Positions 30,152 through 40,445 of a DNA stretch of 64,000 nucleotides are shown piece after piece (the stretch's first letter is position 1; each line of letters begins with the position of its first letter). A program made the position numbers and the translations under genes. A model generated the notes under the pieces. That model did not search any database and was not told where the DNA came from. It saw only the letters and a list, made by a program, of their open reading frames with translations. Source of the stretch: an uncultured delta proteobacterium (GTDB lineage: Bacteria > Desulfobacterota > Desulfobacteria > Desulfobacterales > UBA2156). The stretch is from positions 576,001 to 640,000 of the forward strand of contig CAVTQK010000021.1 of assembly GCA_963736855.1 (NCBI GenBank), read 5' to 3'.

Positions 30152-31258
30152 TCACATCCTGTTCCGGCGTCCGCCGACATGACAGCCGGCACCGATCCTT
30201 TCGAAAAAAGCCTCCAAGCGGTCATACAATGCCTGAATGCTGGAAATAACGACATGTTCATCTCTGCTGTGGGCACTCTGTTCACCGTCTGCCCCCCACA
30301 CCACACCGGGGATACCGAACTCGGAAAGAAACCGGGCATCACTGGCCCCATGCTCGAAAGTAATTTTACTTCCCGGGCTAACCTCCAGCAACAAATCGAC
30401 GAAAGGAGAGTTTCCGCCGATAAAGATCGGCTCTTTTCTGATGATCTGCAGATCCCCATGCACCGAGCCCCGCATCATTTTATACAGCTCTTCGCTATCG
30501 TCATTTTCTGTGTAGCGGATGTCGAAAACCGCCTCTGCAACTTCAGGAACCTGGTTAAATGATTTCCCGGCGGAAACAATGTTGAAACTCATGGTTCGAT
30601 GCCAATGATCGCCTTCAGGATTCGGAAAAAGCGATTTGAGCCTATGATAATCTTCGATAAGAATATCAATGGCGTTTTTTCCCAGCCATGGACGGGAACC
30701 GTGAGCGGCTTTCCCTTCCGTTATCAGTTTCAGAGTCAACAGCCCCTTCTCCTTGGCCACGATTTGATCAACGTTTCCGCCGTCTAATGCGATGCCGAAA
30801 TCCGCCTGAATCTTTTCCAGGGCCTTTTTAGCTCCGTTTTGTCCGCCGAGCTCTTCGTCTCCGGTGATCAGAACTCCCATCGCCGCATGGTTTTGGTCTA
30901 AACCTTCTCTTTTCAAACGGGCCATATGACGAAGCATCAGTACCAAAGACAATGCCACGGCATATTTGTCGTCTATGCTCCCACGTCCGTATAGCCTGCC
31001 ATCGCGGACGCTGGGTTCAAAAACTTCGGCGGAGCCATCCACCACGTCCAGGTGACTCATGAGTAAAACAGGTACTCTCCGATTTGGGGGCATGATCCAG
31101 ATTGAAGGAACACCTTCATGCTCCATACGCTCAAATAAAACTCTATGCGTTTTAAGGTAGTTCTCAATAAACGAAGCACACCGCTGAATCTCATCGGGTT
31201 TGGATTGGACCGTTTGAAACCGGATCAGCGTTTTGGTCAATTCTAGGATCTCTTCCAT
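30152..31258 (-). CDS. M20/DapE-ArgE family metallo-hydrolase
   Basis: SHLDVV, GRGSIDDK, DEE.GG, AHGSRPW, GASDAR, AHSRDE. Confidence 0.88.
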   Translation of the reverse strand: MEEILELTKTLIRFQTVQSKPDEIQRCASFIENYLKTHRVLFERMEHEGVPSIWIMPPNRRVPVLLMSHLDVVDGSAEVFEPSVRDGRLYGRGSIDDKYAVALSLVLMLRHMARLKREGLDQNHAAMGVLITGDEELGGQNGAKKALEKIQADFGIALDGGNVDQIVAKEKGLLTLKLITEGKAAHGSRPWLGKNAIDILIEDYHRLKSLFPNPEGDHWHRTMSFNIVSAGKSFNQVPEVAEAVFDIRYTENDDSEELYKMMRGSVHGDLQIIRKEPIFIGGNSPFVDLLLEVSPGSKITFEHGASDARFLSEFGIPGVVWGADGEQSAHSRDEHVVISSIQALYDRLEAFFERIGAGCHVGGRRNRM

Positions 31259-31440
31259 ACAATTTGTCCTTTGGGGTTTTATGACCCTGCTAATCGCTGG
31301 GAAATGGTGAACACGGGGAAGAAACGCGTCACGGCGCATCTGAAAGGCGGGGAAAAACGGCAATATACGAAAACGGCTTATTTCGGTTCTGAAGCGATAT
31401 GCGAGAGAGTCCCCTTGAGCTTTTTGAACCGTTCTGGAAT

Positions 31441-31788
31441 TTACACCGGTGCCAGCTTCTGTAAGTGCTGCACAAGGGATACGATGGAAAAGGGCTTCGC
31501 TAAGACTGAATCGAAATCGGCTATCTCCAGAAGCCAGGGTGTCCCCGATATTCCGATGACCGGCGTACGGCTCTGCTCGGATTCCCGGATGTGACGGATT
31601 ACCTCTTTTCCGTCCAACCCGGGCATCACCAGGTCGGTGATGACCGCGTCAAAATGGGCGGCATTGAATTTCTTCACCCCTTCTTCCCCACTGGCTGCAA
31701 CCTCTACGCGGTGTCCGTAAGCCTCCAATGCCATCTGAAGCATTTTCAAGATGTTTTTTTCGTCATCAATCACCAAGATGGTTCCCAT
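31441..31788 (-). CDS. Single-domain response regulator (receiver)
   Basis: ILVIDDE, ITDLVMP, KPF. Confidence 0.88.
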   Translation of the reverse strand: MGTILVIDDEKNILKMLQMALEAYGHRVEVAASGEEGVKKFNAAHFDAVITDLVMPGLDGKEVIRHIRESEQSRTPVIGISGTPWLLEIADFDSVLAKPFSIVSLVQHLQKLAPV

Positions 31789-31835
31789 GGCTGCCTCTTC
31801 GCGTTGATGCATCCCGACATCGTGTTTTCAGTTTG

Positions 31836-31850
31836 GCAGCTTACATTCCA
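31836..31850 (-). promoter_or_regulatory. Possible sigma54 promoter of the receiver gene
   Basis: Minus strand TGGAATG-TAAG-CTGC keeps the GG/GC spacing but has three mismatches; AT-rich upstream. Confidence 0.3.
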
Positions 31851-31988
31851 AGAAACCTCTTGTCAACTACATATTGTATCTTTTTTTAATCAGACACCTA
31901 TATGCTGTATTAAATAAGAGTATGATGGGAACATTTTCGACGTTTTTCCATGCAATTTAAAGCCGTTAATATATATGGAATGGGGATG

Positions 31989-33359
31989 TCATTTCATTGC
32001 AAATGGGGCTTGCGTGGCATATTTGAATAAAAAGGGGTCCCCTGCGGCCAAGGCAATGTCAAGATACGCCGTATTCCCTCCGGTACCGGTCAAAGGAAGA
32101 TGGTCAACCGCTCCAGTGAGTTTATTCAGGCTTATTATCTTAGACCGATCGACTCCCGAAGGCGCCCTGGAAAAATCAAACGCGATGCGTATTGTTCCGG
32201 GGTCCTCCCGATTGATGGGAATATCCCCGTGGGTGTGCCGGACGTTTTGAACCATGACGTAAAACTCTCCGGAATCGTCTCTAAAAAATCCTGCCAGAAT
32301 TTCAAGATATTCATGACCGGGTGCAGGTGCGATGTCGGTGACATACGGATCGCCTCCGGCGCCCCGCGACCATGGCACCGCGCCGGGAGGGATATAATAG
32401 CTGGTGGTGGGAACATACCGGACGTCGGTACTGGTCATCTGTGTGATGGCCCTCCCTAAGCGGGTCATCTCCACGTTGATCTGAGCCGCAATCGCCCACA
32501 GGCTGGTCTTGGGTGCATTGAAATCGGCTTGCCTGGTGAAAAAAATCGGATCGAGTACATCGTTTTCTGCGATCTGGTAGATAAACCAGGTATGGCCGGT
32601 ATATCCATAAACAAGCCCCATGAATGCCTCCCATCGCAAATCCGATTCCGAAATCACATCTTCCCGGTCCGAATAATGGGAATAAAGATAGCGCCAATAG
32701 GGTTTGTTGAACCTCAGGCCGGCCCGACGGAATTTTGCAAGATGTTGATATACGCTGCTGGTCCAGGTATAAACATCGTGGCTGATCACATCACCGTCCA
32801 TATTCTGCCCATAATATTCGATCATCTGGTCGACCTCCGGTGCCAGAAAAGAAAAATTCATAATCAAAAGAGCGTCTGGGTCATAGGCTCTGATGGCATT
32901 GATTCCCGTTTCGCACTGGAAGAATTCGGCCAGGGTCATGGGTTCATCTCCGATCTGGTAACCAATCCTGCCTGCGGCATTTGCAGGATACCCCCCGACC
33001 AACATTCCGTTGGACCGACTGGTGCCGTCCGGTTGCATCCAAGAGACGAAACGAAAACTCGGATTTCCCACGGCAGCCCATGCGTCCATCTCTTCGGGAA
33101 CGCCGTCTTCCCACAGGTGGACGGCATTGGCATAAAACCCGTTGAAATAGTCGTTGACGAAGCGCGCCGGCGGCGGCCCCATGGAAACAGTGAGGCCGCT
33201 GATGAGCATGGGGTTATTTCGGATCCACCGGATTCCGCGGGTGAGTGTCGGCGGTGACCATGGGTCCTCTGATGGGGGGTCATATTCGGTTTCAATGCAT
33301 CCCAAAACTGTCAAAGCAGCCAGCAGAATAGTTGCTTTTATTAAAAACGTTCGAATCAT
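31989..33359 (-). CDS. Uncharacterised lipoprotein, possible glycoside-hydrolase-like TIM barrel
   Basis: Lipobox VLGC; YQIGDEP, DVISHDVY, LVYGYTGHTWFIY. Confidence 0.65.
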   Translation of the reverse strand: MIRTFLIKATILLAALTVLGCIETEYDPPSEDPWSPPTLTRGIRWIRNNPMLISGLTVSMGPPPARFVNDYFNGFYANAVHLWEDGVPEEMDAWAAVGNPSFRFVSWMQPDGTSRSNGMLVGGYPANAAGRIGYQIGDEPMTLAEFFQCETGINAIRAYDPDALLIMNFSFLAPEVDQMIEYYGQNMDGDVISHDVYTWTSSVYQHLAKFRRAGLRFNKPYWRYLYSHYSDREDVISESDLRWEAFMGLVYGYTGHTWFIYQIAENDVLDPIFFTRQADFNAPKTSLWAIAAQINVEMTRLGRAITQMTSTDVRYVPTTSYYIPPGAVPWSRGAGGDPYVTDIAPAPGHEYLEILAGFFRDDSGEFYVMVQNVRHTHGDIPINREDPGTIRIAFDFSRAPSGVDRSKIISLNKLTGAVDHLPLTGTGGNTAYLDIALAAGDPFLFKYATQAPFAMK

Positions 33360-33391
33360 CTTATCTCCCATATTCTTTTAGGTGCCGAATT

Positions 33392-33548
33392 TTGATGAAA
33401 TCGCAAAAACTCAAAATTCGGATGGCAAAGCAAAAAGTTCAAGTTCAAGGCGTCGCAAATCCCGTGTGATGAGGCGTACTTATCGTACGTCGAAATCGCA
33501 ACGGGATGAAGCGCAACGCAGAAATTGGACTTTTTACGAAGCCATCAA
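33392..33548. repeat. MITE/REPIN-like element with imperfect terminal inverted repeats
   Basis: TTGATGAAATCGCAAAAA ... CTTTTTACGAAGCCATCAA; second internal end GATGGCAAAGCAAAAAG at 33421; ends shared with 62328-62519. Confidence 0.7.
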
Positions 33549-33550
33549 TT

Positions 33551-36232
33551 TTAAAGAGTCGTTGAGCTCAAGTCGATGGTCAAATCGTACACTCCGGATT
33601 CCCGATTGTATTCCATCGCAAATCCCATCTTTTTTCCAAGTCGCTGCATGTGAATATTTTCCTGCAGAACACCACCCCACACCTTCTCGATGGATCGGCC
33701 CTTGGCAACGCGCAGCGCATGCTCCAGGAGAACGGCACCGATTCCTTTCCCCTGCCATTGATCGGCGATGACGATGGCAAACTCAGCCTGCTTTCCGTCC
33801 GGATGGGAAATAATCCTGGCCACCCCGAGAATCCTCTCCTCTTGTTCTTTTTTTTCCAAAGCCACCAGGGCAACTTCTCTATCGTAGTCGATCTGCGTCA
33901 GTTTTGCCAGCATTTCAGGAGTAATGGTCTTCATATGATAGAAAAACCGATAGTAAATGGTGTTCGGTGAAAGTCTATAAAATAAAGCCTCCAGCAGCGG
34001 GGCATCTTCTGGTATGATGGGCCGAATGAAAAGGGGAATGCCGGTCCGGGTGGTTATGGAGGCCTCCTGATCCTGCGGATACGGACTGATGACCAGATGC
34101 ATCGGCGAAGGTTTGGTGCTTCGTTTCAACACCAGACGGGCATCCAGGGCGTAAGGGATTCCGTCTTTAACCGCCACAGGGTTCATATCGAGTTCGGCGA
34201 TATCAGGAAAATCCATGACGAGCTGGGCCAGCCTTACAAGCATCTCCTCCAAAAGGGCCATGTCTGCAGGAGGGCGATTCCGATAACCTTGCAACAGTCG
34301 GTATGCCCGAGTCTCCTCCATCAGCCTTCGGGCCAGGAGACGATTAAGGGGTGGAAGGCCGATGGCGCGATCCTTGAGGATTTCGGTGAAGATGCCGCCC
34401 AAACCGAACAGGATCACCGGACCGAAATTTTCATCCCGTTTGGCGCCAATCAAGAGTTCGTAATCCGGGCGTACAATGTACGGCTGCAAAGAGACGCCCA
34501 TGACACGGGCATCGGGGTTATAGGCTTTGGCGCCTTGCATGATACGGTGATAGCTCTTCCGGATCTCTTCCGGGCTGTTTAAATCAAGATGAACGCCGTC
34601 GGCTTCCGTTTTGTGAGTGATATCCGGTGAGATCAGCTTCATGACTAAAGGATACCCCAGACTTTCGGCTCTGGATACGGCCTCTGATTCCGACAAAGCG
34701 AACTGTACGGGAGTGACTCGGATGCCGTAAGCCTCCAGAACAGCCTTGGAAGCATCTTCCGTCAGCGTTGGACCCGGGCCGTTCAGGCCGGCGGCAATGA
34801 GGTCGGCAGCCCGATCCTTGTCGCAGGAAATCCTTTTTAAAAAACGCGGCGGGATTTCCATTAGCGTTTCGAGGTTCCTGGAATAGGCAACCATATAAAG
34901 AAACGCTCGGACGGCTTTTTCCGGTGTATCGTAGGTCGGTATGCCGGCCTGGTTCAGGATTTCGATCCCCTTCTCGACACCCTTTCCTCCCATCCACGAC
35001 GTGAAGACCGGGACCTTTTTACCGGAAAGGCTTGTCGCCACCTTTTTTGCAACATCGGCGGGATCGGACAGGGCCAGGGGAACCATAATGACAAGAATAC
35101 CGCCCGGGCTTTCTTCTTTCAGGCAGATTTTCAGAGTTTTCTCGTAGAGGTCTGCAGTGGCATCCCCGATCATGTCGATGGGGTTGTTCCGGCTCCACAA
35201 TGGAGGCAGAACGTCATCCAGCGCTTTCAGGGTCTCAGTACTCATGGAAGCAGGCTCGATACCGTACTGGGCAAGCGCATCGGCAGCCATCACACCCGGT
35301 CCTCCGCCGTTGGTGATGATGACCAGATCGGAACTCCGGGGCCGAACTTGCTTGGCCATCAATTCCGCACAATCGAACAGCTCCTCGAAGGTATCCACCC
35401 GGACAATCCCCGCCCGCTTGAACGCCGCATCGTAGACGGCATCTTCTCCTGCCATGGCGCCGGTGTGGGATGCCGCCGCCCGTGCTCCTGCGGCACTGCG
35501 TCCGGATTTAAGCGCCACAATGGGCTTCACCCGGGATACCGCCCTCGCCGCGCTCATGAACTTCCTGAAGTGGGTCAAGCTTTCGATGTAAAGGAGAATG
35601 CTTTTGACCTTGGGATCGTTTCCCAGATAATCGATGCAGTCTCCGAAATCCACGTCCAGCATGGAACCGATGCTGATAAAATGACTAAAACCGAAGTTTT
35701 CCTGAATGGCCGCATCAAGAATGGCGGCACATAGCGCGCCACTTTGAGAGATAAAAGCAAGGTTCCCGGACTTGGGCATTCCCAAGCTGAAGCTGGCGTT
35801 GAGGTTGAGCGATGGAATGATTATACCGACGCAGTTGGGACCCACGATGCGAAGGTTCCCTTTCCTTGCTTTTTCCCAGATTTTTCCTTCAAGAGCTTCC
35901 CCTTTTTGACCGATTTCTTTTCCTCCCGCCGAAACGATGACCGCCCCTTTCACACCTGCCGTGACACAGGCATCGATCACATCCGGGACGGTTTGCATCG
36001 GAGAAGCGATCAGGGCCATGTCCACAGAGAAACCGATATCCGTGACATTCGGAACGGCTTCTTTTCCAAAAATGGATCGGTGGTTGGGATTGACGGGGAT
36101 CACCGTCCCTTGATATCCACCTTCAATCAGATTTTTCATCAAGGCCCATCCGATTCTCCCTTCCCTTTCGCTGGCACCGACCACGGCGATAGATTCGGGT
36201 TCAAATGTCCGATCCAGGTTAGAAATGCTCAC
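33551..36232 (-). CDS. Acetate-CoA ligase-like/GNAT fusion (Pat/PatZ-type protein lysine acetyltransferase)
   Basis: CoA-binding AVVGAS, GPNCVG, SQSGA, ATP-grasp HKTEADGV, C-terminal GNAT QGKGIG. Confidence 0.9.
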   Translation of the reverse strand: MSISNLDRTFEPESIAVVGASEREGRIGWALMKNLIEGGYQGTVIPVNPNHRSIFGKEAVPNVTDIGFSVDMALIASPMQTVPDVIDACVTAGVKGAVIVSAGGKEIGQKGEALEGKIWEKARKGNLRIVGPNCVGIIIPSLNLNASFSLGMPKSGNLAFISQSGALCAAILDAAIQENFGFSHFISIGSMLDVDFGDCIDYLGNDPKVKSILLYIESLTHFRKFMSAARAVSRVKPIVALKSGRSAAGARAAASHTGAMAGEDAVYDAAFKRAGIVRVDTFEELFDCAELMAKQVRPRSSDLVIITNGGGPGVMAADALAQYGIEPASMSTETLKALDDVLPPLWSRNNPIDMIGDATADLYEKTLKICLKEESPGGILVIMVPLALSDPADVAKKVATSLSGKKVPVFTSWMGGKGVEKGIEILNQAGIPTYDTPEKAVRAFLYMVAYSRNLETLMEIPPRFLKRISCDKDRAADLIAAGLNGPGPTLTEDASKAVLEAYGIRVTPVQFALSESEAVSRAESLGYPLVMKLISPDITHKTEADGVHLDLNSPEEIRKSYHRIMQGAKAYNPDARVMGVSLQPYIVRPDYELLIGAKRDENFGPVILFGLGGIFTEILKDRAIGLPPLNRLLARRLMEETRAYRLLQGYRNRPPADMALLEEMLVRLAQLVMDFPDIAELDMNPVAVKDGIPYALDARLVLKRSTKPSPMHLVISPYPQDQEASITTRTGIPLFIRPIIPEDAPLLEALFYRLSPNTIYYRFFYHMKTITPEMLAKLTQIDYDREVALVALEKKEQEERILGVARIISHPDGKQAEFAIVIADQWQGKGIGAVLLEHALRVAKGRSIEKVWGGVLQENIHMQRLGKKMGFAMEYNRESGVYDLTIDLSSTTL

Positions 36233-36424
36233 GCTTTTTTCCTCCGTATTGATTTAACCGGAATATTTCCTCGGCCTGTAAAAATTAGGCACCGCTTCAG
36301 GAACATGTCAAATGTTCTGTTTCGCGTCAAGGGATTCCCTTCTTGTCCCAGCTTTAAAAAAAAGATATGGAAAACACATTGGTTTACAAAAGAACTCATT
36401 CGTTCACGCTTCTGGGGTAATCGT

Positions 36425-38119
36425 ATGGAGTTGTGGTCGGTTCTAGCTGAAATTCTTCTTCTGGTAGGACTTGCCCTTGCCTTTGGCACGCTTTCCAAAA
36501 GGCTCCGGCAAAGCCCCATCATCGGCTACTTGGCTGCCGGTGTCGTCGCCGGCCCCATCCTCTTTAATAAAGACGCCGTCACCACCATGGCAGAACTCGG
36601 TATCGATTTGATGCTCTTTTCCATCGGGTTGGAATTTTCCGTTAACCGCCTGAAAGCCATGGGCTCCCGGATCCTCGGTGCCGGTGTCTTACAGATCGTC
36701 CTGACGTCCCTGCTCTTTGTCCCATTGCTTTTTCTGGCCTTCCCCCTGGGCCTATCCTTGACGCTGGGCATCCTCTTGTCGTTCAGTTCAACGGCTGTTG
36801 TGCTCAGAGTCCTGATTGAAAACACCATGCTGGATTCGGTTCGCGGAAGAATCGCATTGGCCATTCTTCTGGTTCAGGACCTGGCAGTGGTACCGTTTCT
36901 GCTGATCTTGTCATTTTTCAGCCCTGCATCCCAGGAAAGCTATGTCCTGATTCAGGCGGCAAAGACTGTTGCCGGTGCCGCGGGCCTGATTTTCATATTT
37001 TATCTTGCGTTTTACCAGATGATACCGAAACTCATGATGACCCGCGGGTTTTTTACGGAACGCGAGTTGGTGGTGCTCCTGGCGATCCTTTCAGCCTTAG
37101 GGGCCATCTGGGGTGCCCACGCCCTCGGCTTATCAGCGGCTTTGGGTGCGTTCATTGCCGGTATGCTGCTGGGGGAATCTCCCTTTGCTTCCCAGATCCG
37201 TTCGGATATCGGATCCATCCGTATCCTGTTTTTGACACTCTTTTTTACTTCCATCGGTATGTTACTCGATCCCCGCTGGATGCTCTCTCATATCCATCTG
37301 GTTGCGATTTCGACCCTCCTCATTTTTTTTATTAAGACCCTTGCGGCCTCCGGAAGCGCCCTTTTCGCCGGCCTCACCCGGAGCCAGGCTCTGGCTACCG
37401 GGATCACTCTGGCTCAGATCGGTGAATTTTCGCTGGTCGCCGCCTCTACTGCTGCTCAAAATCGGATCATCGGGGAAGAGACCCTCACATTTGTCGTCGG
37501 CGTGACCGTCCTGTCTTTGTTCCTGACACCTTATATGGTGGTCTATGCCCAGCCTCTTGCCGGCTTTTTAATAAAAAGTCTCGCCGGTGAAAGATCTATA
37601 CCTGAAGAAGAATCCCGATCCGGCGCACCTGATATGATTTGCGGTATCTGCATTATCGGCTTCGGGCCTGCCGGCCGGCGTGTCGCCGAGGCGCTGATGA
37701 AAAAAAACCGGCATCCGGAGATCATCGAGCTGAACCCCAACAGCGCCAAGAAAGCTCAAGATATGGGATTAATTGTCCATCAGGGAGACGCCACTTCCTT
37801 AGATTTCGTTAAACATTGCAGAATCGAGGGGTTCCGGGTGGTGGTCATCGCCATTCCCGATCCGTCCTCGGCGCAGACCCTCATCCGCCATGTGCGGACC
37901 CTTTCTTCCGACTGCATCATCGTCGTGCGCGCCCGGTACGACATCAGCTGCCAGTCCCTTAAAGCGGCCGGAGCCGATGTCCTGGTCAATGAAGAACATC
38001 TTGTCGGGGAAAAGTTGGCCGAAGCGCTATCAGCCGTTATGGAGAAAGACGGGGCGTGGGAAATGGCCTGTGGCATCGCCGGATCGCATGCGGGACCAAA
38101 GCCTTCTCAGGAGAACTGA
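36425..38119 (+). CDS. CPA2 cation:proton antiporter (Kef-like) with TrkA-N/KTN domain
   Basis: LFSIGLEFS, SSTAVV, LLVQDL, LAQIGEFS, IIGFGPAG, GDAT. Confidence 0.9.
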   Translation: MELWSVLAEILLLVGLALAFGTLSKRLRQSPIIGYLAAGVVAGPILFNKDAVTTMAELGIDLMLFSIGLEFSVNRLKAMGSRILGAGVLQIVLTSLLFVPLLFLAFPLGLSLTLGILLSFSSTAVVLRVLIENTMLDSVRGRIALAILLVQDLAVVPFLLILSFFSPASQESYVLIQAAKTVAGAAGLIFIFYLAFYQMIPKLMMTRGFFTERELVVLLAILSALGAIWGAHALGLSAALGAFIAGMLLGESPFASQIRSDIGSIRILFLTLFFTSIGMLLDPRWMLSHIHLVAISTLLIFFIKTLAASGSALFAGLTRSQALATGITLAQIGEFSLVAASTAAQNRIIGEETLTFVVGVTVLSLFLTPYMVVYAQPLAGFLIKSLAGERSIPEEESRSGAPDMICGICIIGFGPAGRRVAEALMKKNRHPEIIELNPNSAKKAQDMGLIVHQGDATSLDFVKHCRIEGFRVVVIAIPDPSSAQTLIRHVRTLSSDCIIVVRARYDISCQSLKAAGADVLVNEEHLVGEKLAEALSAVMEKDGAWEMACGIAGSHAGPKPSQEN

Positions 38120-38139
38120 AGGCGAGCTCCTGAAAAGAT

Positions 38140-39381
38140 TTAATCCGCTTTTGAGAGATGGTCGCGGATGTTTCCCATCCCTTCCAGTCGAAATCTCTTT
38201 TTGCGGCCATAGGTTTCTACCATATCACAAGCTATCCGATTCTTTTCGATTTGTTCCGGAGCGATTTCGGTCCGGAAACCGACGTAAAACGGCCCCAGCT
38301 TTATGGCTTTGCCCCGGTATGTCTCATGAATCTGGGTGAACGGATGGGCGAAAAGCCAGCGCATCTGCATGGCTTCCAGCGAGCCTTCAGGCATTTTGTC
38401 GAAAAACTCCTCCAGTTCCCGAATATCTTCATCGATGAGGTTGTCCCATCCGAGTATAAAATTTCCATTGACCCGGATTCCATGTGAAACACAAAGCTGT
38501 AAGGTTTCGATCATTTCCTCTTTATCGAATCCTTTCCTCATATAACGCAGCATCCGATTGGAAGGAAATTCCACCCCGATACCGACCATCATATCGGGAA
38601 ATTCCCTTGTTGCGCTATCCAAAACCTCTTTCAGGGCAATATTCTCCGGCCTTGCAGGCCGCATAAATACCCGATATTCCAAGTCGTTCCTTACTGGAAG
38701 CTTCGGGAAAAGGGTGCGGATATGGGCGGGAGTCAGAGATCCCGTATTCAATCGGATGATCTTCTTTCCTGCATGATCAATCTCTTTGAATTCGAAATTA
38801 AAAATATCTCTTTTTCTCGCTAAGGTGCTGTCATGATGGGCAATGTTGCAATAGATGCACTTCCGCCAGTAGCAACGGTTGTCCAAGGTGTACGATAAAT
38901 AGATCGGACTGGTCGTCGGCACCGCCTCGGGGACGTCCAGTCTCCATTTTCCGGAAAAATTGGGGACGTCGAACCAATCTTCCACGCTCTTTCCGGTGAT
39001 GGTGAGGTTGGTTGGAAATACCGTTCCGGGTTCCAACTGAAAGTATATGGGATCCCACCCATTGCGTCCGCTGCATTGTTCGGCTGCCACGGGTCCCCCC
39101 ACCACGAAGCGGATCTTCGGATAAAGCCCGGCCCATACATGCGCCTGGTAGAGATGGTTCAGGTATACGGCCGAAATATAGACCGTTCCCTCATCGATGG
39201 GAAGCGCTCTTCCTGTATAGGTGGACTCATCATACCATTGATCGATATCGTTTTCATGGGTCATCCAGAAAAAAACTCCACGAGCCTTGCAAATGTCATA
39301 GGCGTCTGAAAATCCATTGCACAGGTCATAGTATGAATCCTTGACCGGATTATAAAATTGCAAAAAAATCATTTCGTTCAT
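38140..39381 (-). CDS. Radical SAM protein with a possible N-terminal cobalamin-binding-like domain
   Basis: CYWRKCIYC cluster motif, IRFVVGGP, GVEFPSNRMLRYMRKG. Confidence 0.75.
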   Translation of the reverse strand: MNEMIFLQFYNPVKDSYYDLCNGFSDAYDICKARGVFFWMTHENDIDQWYDESTYTGRALPIDEGTVYISAVYLNHLYQAHVWAGLYPKIRFVVGGPVAAEQCSGRNGWDPIYFQLEPGTVFPTNLTITGKSVEDWFDVPNFSGKWRLDVPEAVPTTSPIYLSYTLDNRCYWRKCIYCNIAHHDSTLARKRDIFNFEFKEIDHAGKKIIRLNTGSLTPAHIRTLFPKLPVRNDLEYRVFMRPARPENIALKEVLDSATREFPDMMVGIGVEFPSNRMLRYMRKGFDKEEMIETLQLCVSHGIRVNGNFILGWDNLIDEDIRELEEFFDKMPEGSLEAMQMRWLFAHPFTQIHETYRGKAIKLGPFYVGFRTEIAPEQIEKNRIACDMVETYGRKKRFRLEGMGNIRDHLSKAD

Positions 39382-39570
39382 CCGTTGATTTCCTTTCTTT
39401 GAGCATTAACATACACACTAATGACGCAATAAACCGAATCAAGTCAATTTTAAAAAAATAGAGGGAAAAAGAATAATGAACCATTCCCCTATGATCAGAG
39501 CCGAACTGGCCGTAACATGGGCAGAAAAGGATGCCGCGCATCGGGATCGAACCTTTGTTCGCACAATCAA

Positions 39571-39867
39571 TTTCTGATCCGTCCCATCGAGGTCTTTTCA
39601 GATATCGCCCGTATCCTGAAACCGGGGGGAATTTTCGTGAATACGTTTTCGGATCGATGGTTTTCGCCCAAGGTGATCACCCTCTGGGAAGAATTGCATC
39701 CCTTCGAACGGATGGGACTTATCCTTGAATACATGAGAAAAACCGGCCGATTTTTCGATCTTCATACCGAATCTATCCGAGGTGACATTCGGCCTCCGGA
39801 TGATAAATACGCCGGCGTCAAGGCAGACTCCGATCCGGTCTTTGCCGTATGGGGAAAACGCAAATAG
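39571..39867 (+). pseudogene. 3' fragment of a class I SAM methyltransferase
   Basis: LIRPIEVF..IARILKPGG...TFSDRWF; no N-terminal SAM-binding motif or credible start. Confidence 0.7.
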
Positions 39868-40118
39868 CCCTATGGGGCTCCGGATTTCTTCCGAACGCCC
39901 CGGTATTTCAGCATGAGAGAGGATCTGAAGTCGGAGCCCACAGGCATTTGGTCAACCTGGAAAAAGACGACTCTAGAATCACTTCGGCTGTCTCCAGCGC
40001 TTCACGAGACTTGAATCCAGACCCCAGAGCCTGAAAAAGGGCATCGTGCCGGGATACAGCACACCCCAGTTTCTCATATGCAATCGGATTTCATGGCTTT
40101 CACCGCCCCGGAATTTTC
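39680..40118 (+). repeat. Imperfect direct repeat, copy 1 (partner 44402-44934); lacks ~95 nt present in copy 2
   Basis: Near-identical text from CCCTCTGGGAAGAA to CCCCGGAATTTTC with scattered substitutions and small indels. Confidence 0.95.
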
Positions 40119-40128
40119 ATGTCCAGTT

Positions 40129-40297
40129 GGTTGAGAAGCCGGCCTGACAAAGTTAGCCGACCGTCAGAATAGAGTTTTGCATTCATTCGGGTACCATATG
40201 AGTGAAGCGTAAACAGGGTGACAGCAGGCCGTAATGCGAAATGGGTGAAGGCGTTCAGCCTCGAAAACGTTTATGTTGTGGAGTAAGCCCAAGTGAT
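40129..40297 (+). mobile_element. Probable group II intron 5' (domain I) remnant
   Basis: Non-coding; AAGTTAGCC, GAAGCGTAAACAGG...GCAGGCCGTAA and TTCAGCCTCGAAA resemble bacterial group II domain I; no GUGYG start seen. Confidence 0.5.
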
Positions 40298-40445
40298 TAA
40301 GAACACTGACCAAACCAACCTGAAATATCGCTGTTGCAATTCAACCGGCTACGCAGGTGGTTTGTCGAAACGGTGAATTGTATCGGATATTGAAGGCCTT
40401 TATATCAAAAAAGCCGCCTCTTTGTAAGAAACGAGTTGCGAGGAA

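Noticed and set aside
33382..33771. 129-aa plus-strand ORF (likewise 62279-62620 on the minus strand)
   Set aside because: It is a translation of the MITE/REPIN-like repeat plus overlapping neighbouring gene sequence, not a credible gene.
35744..36424. 227-aa N-terminal extension of the antiporter ORF
   Set aside because: It overlaps the antisense Pat gene; homology starts at ATG 36425.
40343..40364. ACCGGCTACGCAGGTGG hairpin reminiscent of an IS200/IS605 end
   Set aside because: It is imperfect and isolated, with no tnpA or tnpB remnant beside it.
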